Part shown: positions 16,123 through 23,249 of the stretch, piece after piece | How positions within the stretch are numbered: position 1 is the stretch's first letter | How the letters are laid out: every line of letters begins with the position of its first letter | Assembly (NCBI GenBank): GCA_021730845.1 | Contig: JAKFYL010000157.1 | Location: 1-23,249, forward strand | Length of the DNA stretch: 23,249 nt | Reading direction: 5' to 3' | DNA from: Planctomycetota bacterium | GTDB lineage: Bacteria; Planctomycetota; UBA1135; GCA-002686595 | The notes under the pieces: model-generated | Database searches by the model: none | What the model was told of the DNA's origin: nothing | The model's input: the letters and a program-made list of their open reading frames with translations, nothing else | Translations under genes and position numbers: made by a program

Positions 16123-16343
16123 GCACGAGATTCTAGGCGGCGAAGTACCCGGCAGCGCCCAAGTCTTCGCGAACTGCAGCGGTGAATCTCGCGTAAGGCC
16201 GACGCAGCGGAACGCAAACGATCGCCCATGTATGCACTGTGCAAGCTCGATCGATGCGGTAGCGATACCACTCCGGTCGACCTGGACTGCCCGGTAAGAG
16301 GATTGTCTCGATTCGTTCCGCGACCTCACCCGCGGGGTGCGAG

Positions 16344-17642
16344 TCAGCGCTTCCAGCCGAAGTCTTTCGGGTCGTAGCGCACTTTCTTTTGCGGAAATTT
16401 GGCCAGCAGAGCTTCGGCGCGTTCGGTGAGGGTGTCCACTTTCTGGTCGAGGTCTCCGGGGTCGTATTCCACGATCTCGTGCGGAATCACGCCGATACCT
16501 TCGAGACCCTGACCGCCGTTGTAACGCGCGCGATTGGAGTGCGTGGAGACGTACAGCCGGAACAGCCCGGATGGAAGGTCGATCGTCGTCTTCTGCGAGG
16601 ACATGCCGGCCGTTGCGCTCTCGCCGATCACATAGCCGCGGCCGTCGTCCTTGAAGAAACCCGCGGCCGTTTCCCCAGCCGAGCGCGTATTGCCGTCGAT
16701 GATGGCGACGATCGGGCCGCCGTAAGGATTGGGGCCGGCGCTCTTGATCTCGGGTCCGGGGCGGTACACCTGCTCCTTGGGTACGAAACGCCCCATGTAC
16801 GCGTCGTGGTCGAAGGCGCCGCCGCCATTGGCACGAAAATCGAGAATCAATCCCTTGGCCGATCCAACCTCGGCCAGCGCGAGGTCTAGGTCCTCAGGCA
16901 GCGTGGCGGGACATCGACGTAGGTGGATGTAGCCCCAGCCCTTCTGTGTGAAACCGAAGTTGAGATCGTCCTCGCCCGCGCGCACCGGCTTGAGTTCTTT
17001 GGGGAAAAACGCCGGACCCCAGGGCGCGGTCGAGGCCTTTTCGAAGGTCAAACTACGCTCACTGGCCTTGCCCTTGCCTTTCTTGACCGAAAGCTTGTGG
17101 GTCGAACCCTTGTATTCCTCCAGGCCCCAGTGGGTGGTGAAAAAAAAGGCATGCTGCTGGGTCGAGAAGCTATTGCGATCGCAGACTTCCTTCAAACGCG
17201 CATCGAACCAGCGTTCGATCGGTACGCCGTCGACCTCGACCACTTCCATGCCCGGTTGCAAACCGGCGCGCTCGGCGTTGTTCCAAACGTTTTTCACATA
17301 GAACTTCCCGCCGCTCTTGCACCAGAACATCCCCGCGCCGGTCTTCTCGCCGCGCGGGTCCTCAGGCCACTGCACGTGCTCGCCCTTGGGCCCGGGCTGC
17401 ACCTGGGCATGCCCGTCTTCCAGGCGTGCGATCAGCCGCGTGAGCAAAACCCAGTGCTCGCCGTCGTTTCTCACACCCGCCGCGTCGGCTAGGAGCGGCT
17501 CGGCCACCTTGCGCCAATCGATCTTTTTCGCCGTGATCAGTTGGCCGCATTGCTTCTCGATTTGCTCGATCGCGACGCGGACGTCGGCGGTGTAGTCGGC
17601 CTGAGTAGGAATACAAAGGGCAAGTGCGAGGAGGCTAAGCAT
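16344..17642 (-). CDS. S41 family C-terminal processing (tail-specific) peptidase with PDZ-like domain
   Basis: S41 hallmarks are present: LILDFRANGGG, the catalytic Ser motif GNTRSAGE, and a PDZ-like segment GLQPGMEVVEVDGVPI. The N-terminal MLSLLALALCIPTQA is signal-peptide-like. Confidence 0.85.
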   Translation of the reverse strand: MLSLLALALCIPTQADYTADVRVAIEQIEKQCGQLITAKKIDWRKVAEPLLADAAGVRNDGEHWVLLTRLIARLEDGHAQVQPGPKGEHVQWPEDPRGEKTGAGMFWCKSGGKFYVKNVWNNAERAGLQPGMEVVEVDGVPIERWFDARLKEVCDRNSFSTQQHAFFFTTHWGLEEYKGSTHKLSVKKGKGKASERSLTFEKASTAPWGPAFFPKELKPVRAGEDDLNFGFTQKGWGYIHLRRCPATLPEDLDLALAEVGSAKGLILDFRANGGGAFDHDAYMGRFVPKEQVYRPGPEIKSAGPNPYGGPIVAIIDGNTRSAGETAAGFFKDDGRGYVIGESATAGMSSQKTTIDLPSGLFRLYVSTHSNRARYNGGQGLEGIGVIPHEIVEYDPGDLDQKVDTLTERAEALLAKFPQKKVRYDPKDFGWKR

Positions 17643-17763
17643 GGGGTCATTGTGGGCTATTGCCCGCCGGCAAGTAAGACTTCACCCAAGGGGTTCCCAC
17701 GTACGAATCTTGCCGCACCAAGGACACGTGGTCCGCGGCCCCCCCGCTTAGAATGCCAGGGCC

Positions 17764-19647
17764 ATGTCCGCCCAACAGCGCCGCAGCACGCGTCCTTTGC
17801 TCGCGTTCGCCGCGTTGTCGATCTCAATTGCGACGGGATTGGGCCTACTCGCGCTGCGCGATTTCGGCGGCAAGTCTCAAAGCGCTACGCCGGTAGGCCT
17901 GGCTCAAGGCGACGCGGAAGTTCAGACCAGTGTGTTGCCGCCGCTCGGTGAAGCAGCGCCGATCGTGACGAACGTCGTATCGGCCGCAGAATCCTCCGCT
18001 GCGACAAACCGGATCGCCAGCGCCGGGCCCCTGGTGTCCGTCCAACCAGGCGACAGTCCTGTTGCGCACACGCTGTTCCTATCCCTGCGCTTGCCGGACG
18101 GAACGGTGCCACAAGGGTTCCAAGGAACACTGCAACTGACCAACGACGCGGGAGAGGTCCGAGTGGCCGAACTGGGCGACATGAGCTTCGTCGAACTCAC
18201 GGGCATGAGCGCCAGCCTGTGGCGCAGCACTTTGAAAAGTGAGGGGTATGTGGATCATGGGCAGGAATTCGACATGTCGAGTTATGGGGAAGCGTCGCCT
18301 TCAGGCAACGTCGAGTCCGTGCGACTTGCCGCCACCTACTTCGTGTGGCCGAGCGACTGGGTGCGCGTTCGCGCAGCGTCGCGCAGTGGAGGCAGTCTCG
18401 AAGATTTGGCGCGAACCTTGAACGGCGCGCCCGTGGAGCATGCTTTCGCGGACAAGTTGGCCGCGGCTTTCGGAGTGCGCTTTGCGTTGGACCAGCCCCC
18501 CACACCAGCGGCCGACATCAAGAGCGACCCGACCTTGGCTGTTTTCAAACCCAAGTCTCCTGGTGAGACTGCGGGTCGGAAAGACACCTGGATCGGAAGC
18601 GTGGTTCGCTCGCGATCCGGCCCCATGTGGCTCGGCCTCACGTTCGAGGGCGCTGTGGCCATGTGGCAGGTGCTGGGTGAACACCAGTCCGAGCTGTTGT
18701 TCGAGGTCGACGCGTTCGATTTGTCGCGCAACGTCGGGTCTGTGCTTGTTCGCCTGGTCCAAAGGGACTCGGGAACCCCGTTGGAAAGCGCGCAGGTTGG
18801 TTTGATGCCGGTAGAAGCGGGGCTGTTACCCGGAGCGAGCCTTATGCCACCGGCCGGGACGGGCGGGGAGTACTCGTTCGCCTCCGTCAAGGCCGGCTGG
18901 CACGAATTGAAAGTCGTCGCCCCCGCAGTCGAGTTCGCGTTGCCCGTGCTCGTTCGCGCCGGAGCCTGCACGGACCTCGGAACGATTGCGATTGGACCCA
19001 GGCAAGCAACAATCGAATTCACCGTCGTCGACGAAACCGGTCGCCCCGTGGATGCCATGGTCAAGGTCCTTCCGTACCAGACCGGCGAGGACATCCGCGA
19101 CCTTCAACCACCTTCTTCTAGACTATGGATTCCTGCTCCCAGTGCGACTGCGGACGCGGGCCAGCGCATGGGGACGTCTCTATTCGTCTCCGGGGACCAG
19201 CGCGTGCACCGGATGCCAATGCCGCTGGTCAAGTGCGTGGTGTTGGTCACCGCGAGCGCCGGCAACGACATACGTGCGTCGGAGTTGTCGAGCACGAAAG
19301 ACCCCATGGAAATCGTGCGGATTCGAATCCATTTGTTCCAAGCCGGAGGAGGCCGAGGTGAATTCTTGCTGGATCCCGACCATCCGCCGCCTTCGCCCTG
19401 GGTGTTGCAGGTGCGCATGCCTAGGGCGGTGACGATCCACAACCCGGCTCAGTACGTAGGGCGGATCTGCGTGCTCGATGCCTCGGACATGATCGTATTC
19501 TCAGCGCGCGCGTCGGCCCAGACCGGCTCCTCTGTCTGCAGCCTGCTTCCAGGAGCATATCGGTGCCGTTTGGTCGGTGACGATGGCGCCACGGTTCGAG
19601 AGAGCACTTTTCAGGTCGCAGGCGAAGGCCTCGAGATCGATCTGTGA
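17764..19647 (+). CDS. Membrane-anchored hypothetical protein with carboxypeptidase-regulatory-like (transthyretin-type) beta-sandwich repeats
   Basis: The gene encodes 627 aa. There is a single N-terminal TM/signal-anchor (LLAFAALSISIATGLGLLAL). Two segments fit the CarboxypepD_reg pattern: SVLVRLVQRDSGTPLESAQVGL...GEYSFASVKAGWHELKVV and ATIEFTVVDETGRPVDAMVKVLP. No catalytic motif was recognised. The stop TGA at 19645-19647 overlaps the GTG start of the next gene (GTGA). Confidence 0.55.
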   Translation: MSAQQRRSTRPLLAFAALSISIATGLGLLALRDFGGKSQSATPVGLAQGDAEVQTSVLPPLGEAAPIVTNVVSAAESSAATNRIASAGPLVSVQPGDSPVAHTLFLSLRLPDGTVPQGFQGTLQLTNDAGEVRVAELGDMSFVELTGMSASLWRSTLKSEGYVDHGQEFDMSSYGEASPSGNVESVRLAATYFVWPSDWVRVRAASRSGGSLEDLARTLNGAPVEHAFADKLAAAFGVRFALDQPPTPAADIKSDPTLAVFKPKSPGETAGRKDTWIGSVVRSRSGPMWLGLTFEGAVAMWQVLGEHQSELLFEVDAFDLSRNVGSVLVRLVQRDSGTPLESAQVGLMPVEAGLLPGASLMPPAGTGGEYSFASVKAGWHELKVVAPAVEFALPVLVRAGACTDLGTIAIGPRQATIEFTVVDETGRPVDAMVKVLPYQTGEDIRDLQPPSSRLWIPAPSATADAGQRMGTSLFVSGDQRVHRMPMPLVKCVVLVTASAGNDIRASELSSTKDPMEIVRIRIHLFQAGGGRGEFLLDPDHPPPSPWVLQVRMPRAVTIHNPAQYVGRICVLDASDMIVFSARASAQTGSSVCSLLPGAYRCRLVGDDGATVRESTFQVAGEGLEIDL

Positions 19648-21251
19648 GTGCAGCCGGCGCTCGGGAATGCGCAGCGGAACGCGGCCCTTGCCCCCTAGCT
19701 CGTTGGCTCCTGGCCGCGCTGTTTCTGGGAGCCACGGTCTTCGCTGGCCGCACGCTGCTCGAGCTATGGCGGCAGCGCGAATACGCCCAAGAGCTGCTCG
19801 GGCCAGGCTTTCCGTGGCACGCGGCTGGAACTGGCGCAGCCACCGCGCTGTGCGCCGCCTGGGTGCTGCGCGCGCTGCGCTCGCGTGTCCCGACGTTCGA
19901 CGCGCGGACCTATCTGGGGCTAGCCCTCGTGGTCGGCACAGCAACGTGGTTTCATCAGCTCGCGTTCTTTCAGCCGTTTGCGCTCTTGACCTGGTCGACG
20001 GCCATCTCGCACGGGTGCCTCCTGTTCGGCCTGCTCTTGTGGCTGCTACCGACCGCGAAGGCTCACCTGGCGCCTCGATGGCGCAGGATCGGCGGGCGCA
20101 CGCTCGTTTCCTTGGCGGTTGTTCCGCTTCTGCTCGAAGGCAGCCTGCGATTGGCGGGCCGCGTGCTGGACTTGCCGCTCACGGATCGCCACCACATGGG
20201 CGCTGCGGAACGGGTCGAACGTCACCGACGTCCCCGCCAACCTGTTCTAGGCTTTGCATGCGACGCGCGCGGGCACTTCGACGTCGATCCCCGCCAGGAA
20301 CCGAGGCTTGGGCCCTTGGTAGTCGCAATCGGCGATTCCTTCAGCCAAGGCTGCGTGCCACATGCATGGCACTTCACCACTGTGGCCGAGGCGCACCTCG
20401 ACCAGGTGTCGATCTACAACATGGGCCTGGCCGCGATCGGTCCTCGCGAGTACTTGTACTTGCTGGAAACAGAGGCTCTGGCGCCCAAGCCCGATTTGAT
20501 CCTCGTCAACCTCTTCGTAGGAAACGACGTGGCTTTGCCGAGGCGGAAGTCGGGATTGCCGCGCATCCTCAGCAATTGGTTCGAGCGCGAGGACTTGTTG
20601 ATCTACAGCTTGCCCGCAAGGCTCGCGCGCCTGCGACGAGCCCACCGGGCCGGAAGTGTGGAGCTGGGAGAAGTGCCGGGCCAGAGGCAACTCGTCGGCT
20701 CGAAGCCGCGCACGCAAGACGAAATTCGCGCGCTCTTGCCATGGATCGACGATCCGATGGCCGAGCCACCCGGATCGGACGAGCGGACCTTCGTCGACAT
20801 CGAGCACGGTCGCATGCTGATGGCCTGTCGGCCCGCGCACGCCGACTTCAGCGCCCTGTTCGAAACTCTGGAAGCGATCCAAGACAAAGCGGGGCCCATT
20901 CCAGTCGGCATCGTGTTGATCCCCGATGAGTTCCAAGTGGAAGATCCCCTGTGGGAGGAACTGGCCGGGCGAGTGACCGAACCCCTGGAACGCTTTCTCC
21001 CCCAGCGCGTGGTTCTCAACTGGCTCTCCGAGCGCGGGATTCCCGCGCTCGATCTGCTTGGCCCCTTGCGGGCGGTCGAACCGCTCCCCGACGGGCGCCG
21101 CCACGTCTACCACCTGCGCGACACACACTTCAACGCGCGCGGCAATCGCGTGGCCGGCCAAGCCTTGGCTGCATTCGTTCAGACGCTGCTGGAAGCGCAG
21201 CGCCGCACTACTCGGACTCCAGAATCCGCGGAACTTGGCGGCGGGCGCTAG
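19644..21251 (+). CDS. Polytopic membrane SGNH/GDSL hydrolase
   Basis: The gene encodes 535 aa. Four or five N-terminal hydrophobic helices are present (LARWLLAALFLGATVFAG, ATALCAAWVLRAL, YLGLALVVGTATWF, ISHGCLLFGLLLWLL, TLVSLAVVPLLL). SGNH blocks follow: block I VVAIGDSFSQG, block II NMGLAAIG, block III FVGNDV and block V DTHFNARGN. The GTG start overlaps the upstream stop. Confidence 0.8.
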   Translation: MSAAGARECAAERGPCPLARWLLAALFLGATVFAGRTLLELWRQREYAQELLGPGFPWHAAGTGAATALCAAWVLRALRSRVPTFDARTYLGLALVVGTATWFHQLAFFQPFALLTWSTAISHGCLLFGLLLWLLPTAKAHLAPRWRRIGGRTLVSLAVVPLLLEGSLRLAGRVLDLPLTDRHHMGAAERVERHRRPRQPVLGFACDARGHFDVDPRQEPRLGPLVVAIGDSFSQGCVPHAWHFTTVAEAHLDQVSIYNMGLAAIGPREYLYLLETEALAPKPDLILVNLFVGNDVALPRRKSGLPRILSNWFEREDLLIYSLPARLARLRRAHRAGSVELGEVPGQRQLVGSKPRTQDEIRALLPWIDDPMAEPPGSDERTFVDIEHGRMLMACRPAHADFSALFETLEAIQDKAGPIPVGIVLIPDEFQVEDPLWEELAGRVTEPLERFLPQRVVLNWLSERGIPALDLLGPLRAVEPLPDGRRHVYHLRDTHFNARGNRVAGQALAAFVQTLLEAQRRTTRTPESAELGGGR

Positions 21252-21265
21252 GCGAAACCGGTCCC

Positions 21266-22933
21266 CTAGCTGGGCTTGGAACCAGGCTTGCTTTCGCCCT
21301 TGCCCCCAACGTCCTTGGCGCTCGGGTCCTTGCCGGCGCCCTCGAGCGTGCCCAAGTACTCGGGCATCTGCACGCCACCGATCGAACGCATCACGTCCAT
21401 CAACGGCGGAACGGATTTCGAGAGGCTCGAAAGGAATCCACTGGCGCCGCCGGAACCGTCGGTCTTGCCCGAGTCCCAGACCGTGATCTTGTCGAACTTG
21501 ATGTTCGAAATCGCCTTGGCCGAAGTTTCGGCCAAGTGATCCAGGTGTTCGAGCATGAGCAACTGGAAGGCTTTCTCCGAGCCACCGCAACCGTCGACGA
21601 TGCGCCGCAAGCCTTCGCCCTTCTTGGCCAGGATCTCGAATTCGCCGCGCGCCTGCGCTTCCAGTTTGGCGTAGATGGCCTTGGCTTCGCCTTCCGCGCT
21701 CAGCACGGTCGCCGCGGCGCGCGCGGCCGCTTCGATCTTCAGCTTCTCGGCTTCGGCTTCGGCGTCGACGACGGTGCGCGCCTTGGCCGCGCGCGCGGGA
21801 GCTTCGATGGCGGCGCGCTGTTCGGCCTCGACCTTCTTGGCCTGGGCTTCCGCAGCTAGCGCCTGAGCGCGGTATTGCGCGGCGAGCACTGCCGCCTCGG
21901 CTTCGCGTTGTTTGGTTTCGCCCAAGGCATAGGCTTCGGCCTGGCGCAGCTTGAGTTGGGCCTCGGAGTCGACGATCTTGGCCTTGGATTCGTTTTCTCC
22001 CGTGACCGCCAGGGCGTTGGCCTTGGCCACTTCGATGCGCATGTGGCGCTCGGATTCCTTGATCTGCGTGTCGCGCTCGTACATGGCGCGCTGCTCGCCG
22101 ATGGAACGCTCCTTGGCCAATTCCGCGACGCGCACGGACATTTCGCGCTCGGCGTCCTTGACACCGATTTCCTTGATCTTGGTCGCTTGCGAAACTTCGA
22201 TCTCGCGGTCCCGGTCTGCCGCGGCCACGCCGATGGACCCCAGCTTGACTTGTTGGGCGACGTCGATTTCCGCCTGTTGGATGGCTTCGCTGGCGGCCTT
22301 GCGTCCCAGCGCCTCGATGTAGCCCGACTCGTCCGTGATGTCGGTGATGTTGACGTTGATCAGCACCAAGCCGATTTTCTCGAGTTCGGGCTCCAGGCTG
22401 TGCTGGATGTTCTTGAGGAAGATGTCGCGGTCCTTGTTGATGGCCTCGATAGGCATGGAGGCGATCACTTGGCGCAATTGGCCGAAGATGATGTCGAGCG
22501 CTTGCCCCTTGATGTCTTCGGTCGCCAGCCCCAGCAAGCGGATGGCGGCGTTTTGCATCGTGGTCGGATCGGTGCCGATGGCCACGGTGAAAAACGAGGG
22601 TACGTTGACCCGAATGTTCTCCGAGGAAAGCGCGCCTTTCAGCGGTACTTCGATCTGGATCGGCTCCAAGTCCAAGTAGTCGTAGGACTGGATCATGGGC
22701 CACACGAAGGCGCCGCCGCCGTGCAAGCAGCGCGAGGTCTGTCCCTTCTGCACCTTGCCGAAGATGACCAAGATCTTGTTGGAGGGACAGCGCTTGTAGC
22801 GCGTCATCAGCATCAGCCCCAGGCTGAGCGCAAACAGAATGACCGCGACGACGCCGACCAAAATCCAAAAGCTGGTGCCTTCGAGGGACTTGGGGAACGC
22901 GCCGCCTTGGAACAGGATGCTGAAAGAAATCAT
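21266..22933 (-). CDS. Flotillin / SPFH (band-7) domain protein
   Basis: An N-terminal membrane helix is present (FWILVGVVAVILFALSLGLMLM). An SPFH domain follows (KILVIFGK...VPLKGALSSENIRVNVPSFFTVAIG). The EA-rich flotillin coiled-coil (AEAEAEKLKIEAAARAA...) is also present. The ATG is the complement of 22931-22933. The ORF track extension to 23026 would overlap nothing but adds a non-hydrophobic leader. The gene is convergent with the SGNH gene, with a 14-bp gap. Confidence 0.9.
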   Translation of the reverse strand: MISFSILFQGGAFPKSLEGTSFWILVGVVAVILFALSLGLMLMTRYKRCPSNKILVIFGKVQKGQTSRCLHGGGAFVWPMIQSYDYLDLEPIQIEVPLKGALSSENIRVNVPSFFTVAIGTDPTTMQNAAIRLLGLATEDIKGQALDIIFGQLRQVIASMPIEAINKDRDIFLKNIQHSLEPELEKIGLVLINVNITDITDESGYIEALGRKAASEAIQQAEIDVAQQVKLGSIGVAAADRDREIEVSQATKIKEIGVKDAEREMSVRVAELAKERSIGEQRAMYERDTQIKESERHMRIEVAKANALAVTGENESKAKIVDSEAQLKLRQAEAYALGETKQREAEAAVLAAQYRAQALAAEAQAKKVEAEQRAAIEAPARAAKARTVVDAEAEAEKLKIEAAARAAATVLSAEGEAKAIYAKLEAQARGEFEILAKKGEGLRRIVDGCGGSEKAFQLLMLEHLDHLAETSAKAISNIKFDKITVWDSGKTDGSGGASGFLSSLSKSVPPLMDVMRSIGGVQMPEYLGTLEGAGKDPSAKDVGGKGESKPGSKPS

Positions 22934-22991
22934 GGGAGGTGTTTCGCTCGAATGGCGCGCCCAGGGCGGACGCGAATGCGTGATGCCGGTC

Positions 22992-23249
22992 TTATAGAGG
23001 TTCCACTTCCACCGTGTCGCCCGCATGGACGGCGACGACGCGGCACAGGGCTCCCGTTTCGAGCCGGCGGCCGCGGGTGATGGCCAGGATTTGAATCGTT
23101 CGACCTTGGATGGGCAGCGTCACCCGGCCGACGCCGGATCGCTCGGCCGGAATGGTCAAGTACACCTTGCCCTCGACGCCCAGCGCGTTCTTGAGGTCTA
23201 CGTTTCCGGAAGAGCGCAAGCGGTGTAGTTGCGCCAGGGCCAAAGCCAT
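22992..23249 (-). CDS. NfeD-like protein, C-terminal OB-fold part (5' end beyond window)
   Basis: The C-terminal 85 aa, EGKVYLTIPAERSGVGRVTLPIQGRTIQILAITRGRRLETGALCRVVAVHAGDTVEVEPL, fit the NfeD C-terminal beta-barrel pattern. The gene lies immediately upstream of a flotillin gene on the same strand, which is the classic nfeD-floT arrangement. The reading frame runs open to the window edge. The ATG at 23247-23249 is probably coincidental and the true start lies outside the window. Confidence 0.6.
   Translation of the reverse strand: MALALAQLHRLRSSGNVDLKNALGVEGKVYLTIPAERSGVGRVTLPIQGRTIQILAITRGRRLETGALCRVVAVHAGDTVEVEPL

Noticed and set aside
19318-19335. GGATTCGAATCC motif resembling a tRNA T-loop (TTCGAATCC)
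   Set aside because: The flanking bases do not form a T-stem. No acceptor or anticodon arm could be built. The motif lies in frame inside the 627-aa CDS, encoding RIRIH.
21730-21765. Short tandem repeat CGGCTTCGGCTTCGGC inside the flotillin gene
   Set aside because: It simply encodes the AEAEAE stretch of the flotillin EA-rich coiled coil. It is not an independent repeat element.
20247-22868. 873-aa ORF on the minus strand (Arg/Gly/Pro-rich product)
   Set aside because: It lies antisense to the well-supported SGNH hydrolase gene. It overlaps the flotillin gene in a different frame. Its composition is the typical low-complexity R/G/P/A shadow-ORF product of a 70% GC sequence. It has no motifs.
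1-23249. CRISPR arrays, IS elements or transposases, integrases, rRNA or tRNA genes
   Set aside because: No regularly spaced direct repeats are present. There are no terminal inverted repeats flanking a transposase-like ORF. No DDE or tyrosine-recombinase motifs were found. No rRNA or tRNA-like conserved blocks were found anywhere in the window.

Overview
This is a 23.2-kb, roughly 68-70% GC bacterial chromosomal segment that is densely coding, with about 16 genes and strong GC3 codon bias. Several of the inferred starts are GTG or TTG. Judging by gene content and composition, the source is most likely a high-GC environmental lineage such as Planctomycetota, Acidobacteriota, Gemmatimonadota or Myxococcota, but this cannot be settled from the sequence alone. 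There are no rRNA or tRNA genes, CRISPR arrays or recognisable mobile elements. In order, the genes are: a FG-GAP/ASPIC-UnbV (CRTAC1-like) protein followed by a secreted TPR protein in a minus-strand operon; thiE; queA; a small protein with a sigma-70 region-4-like HTH followed by an 818-aa sigma-54-activator (bEBP)-like protein in a two-gene minus-strand operon; a lower-GC secreted Cys-containing small protein; and a run of predicted secreted or periplasmic hydrolases (S15 Xaa-Pro dipeptidyl-peptidase/CocE-NonD, Cys-type sulfatase, a large metzincin-motif zinc metalloprotease with an unrecognised N-terminal region, a PQQ-type beta-propeller protein, and an S41 C-terminal processing peptidase). 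These are followed by a membrane-anchored protein with carboxypeptidase-regulatory-like domains translationally coupled to a polytopic SGNH/GDSL hydrolase, and finally a flotillin (SPFH) gene with the 3' part of an NfeD-like gene upstream of it. The most unusual item is the 818-aa regulator: its AAA+ sigma-54-interaction domain has lost the Walker A lysine, the Walker B DE and the whole GAFTGA segment while keeping the Fis-type HTH. It is translationally coupled to the upstream sigma-r4-like protein and sits behind a promoter-like region containing a T9/A9 homopolymer. Many long shadow ORFs in the six-frame track were rejected as artefacts of the high GC content. All functional calls rest on motif recognition by eye; no database search was possible.
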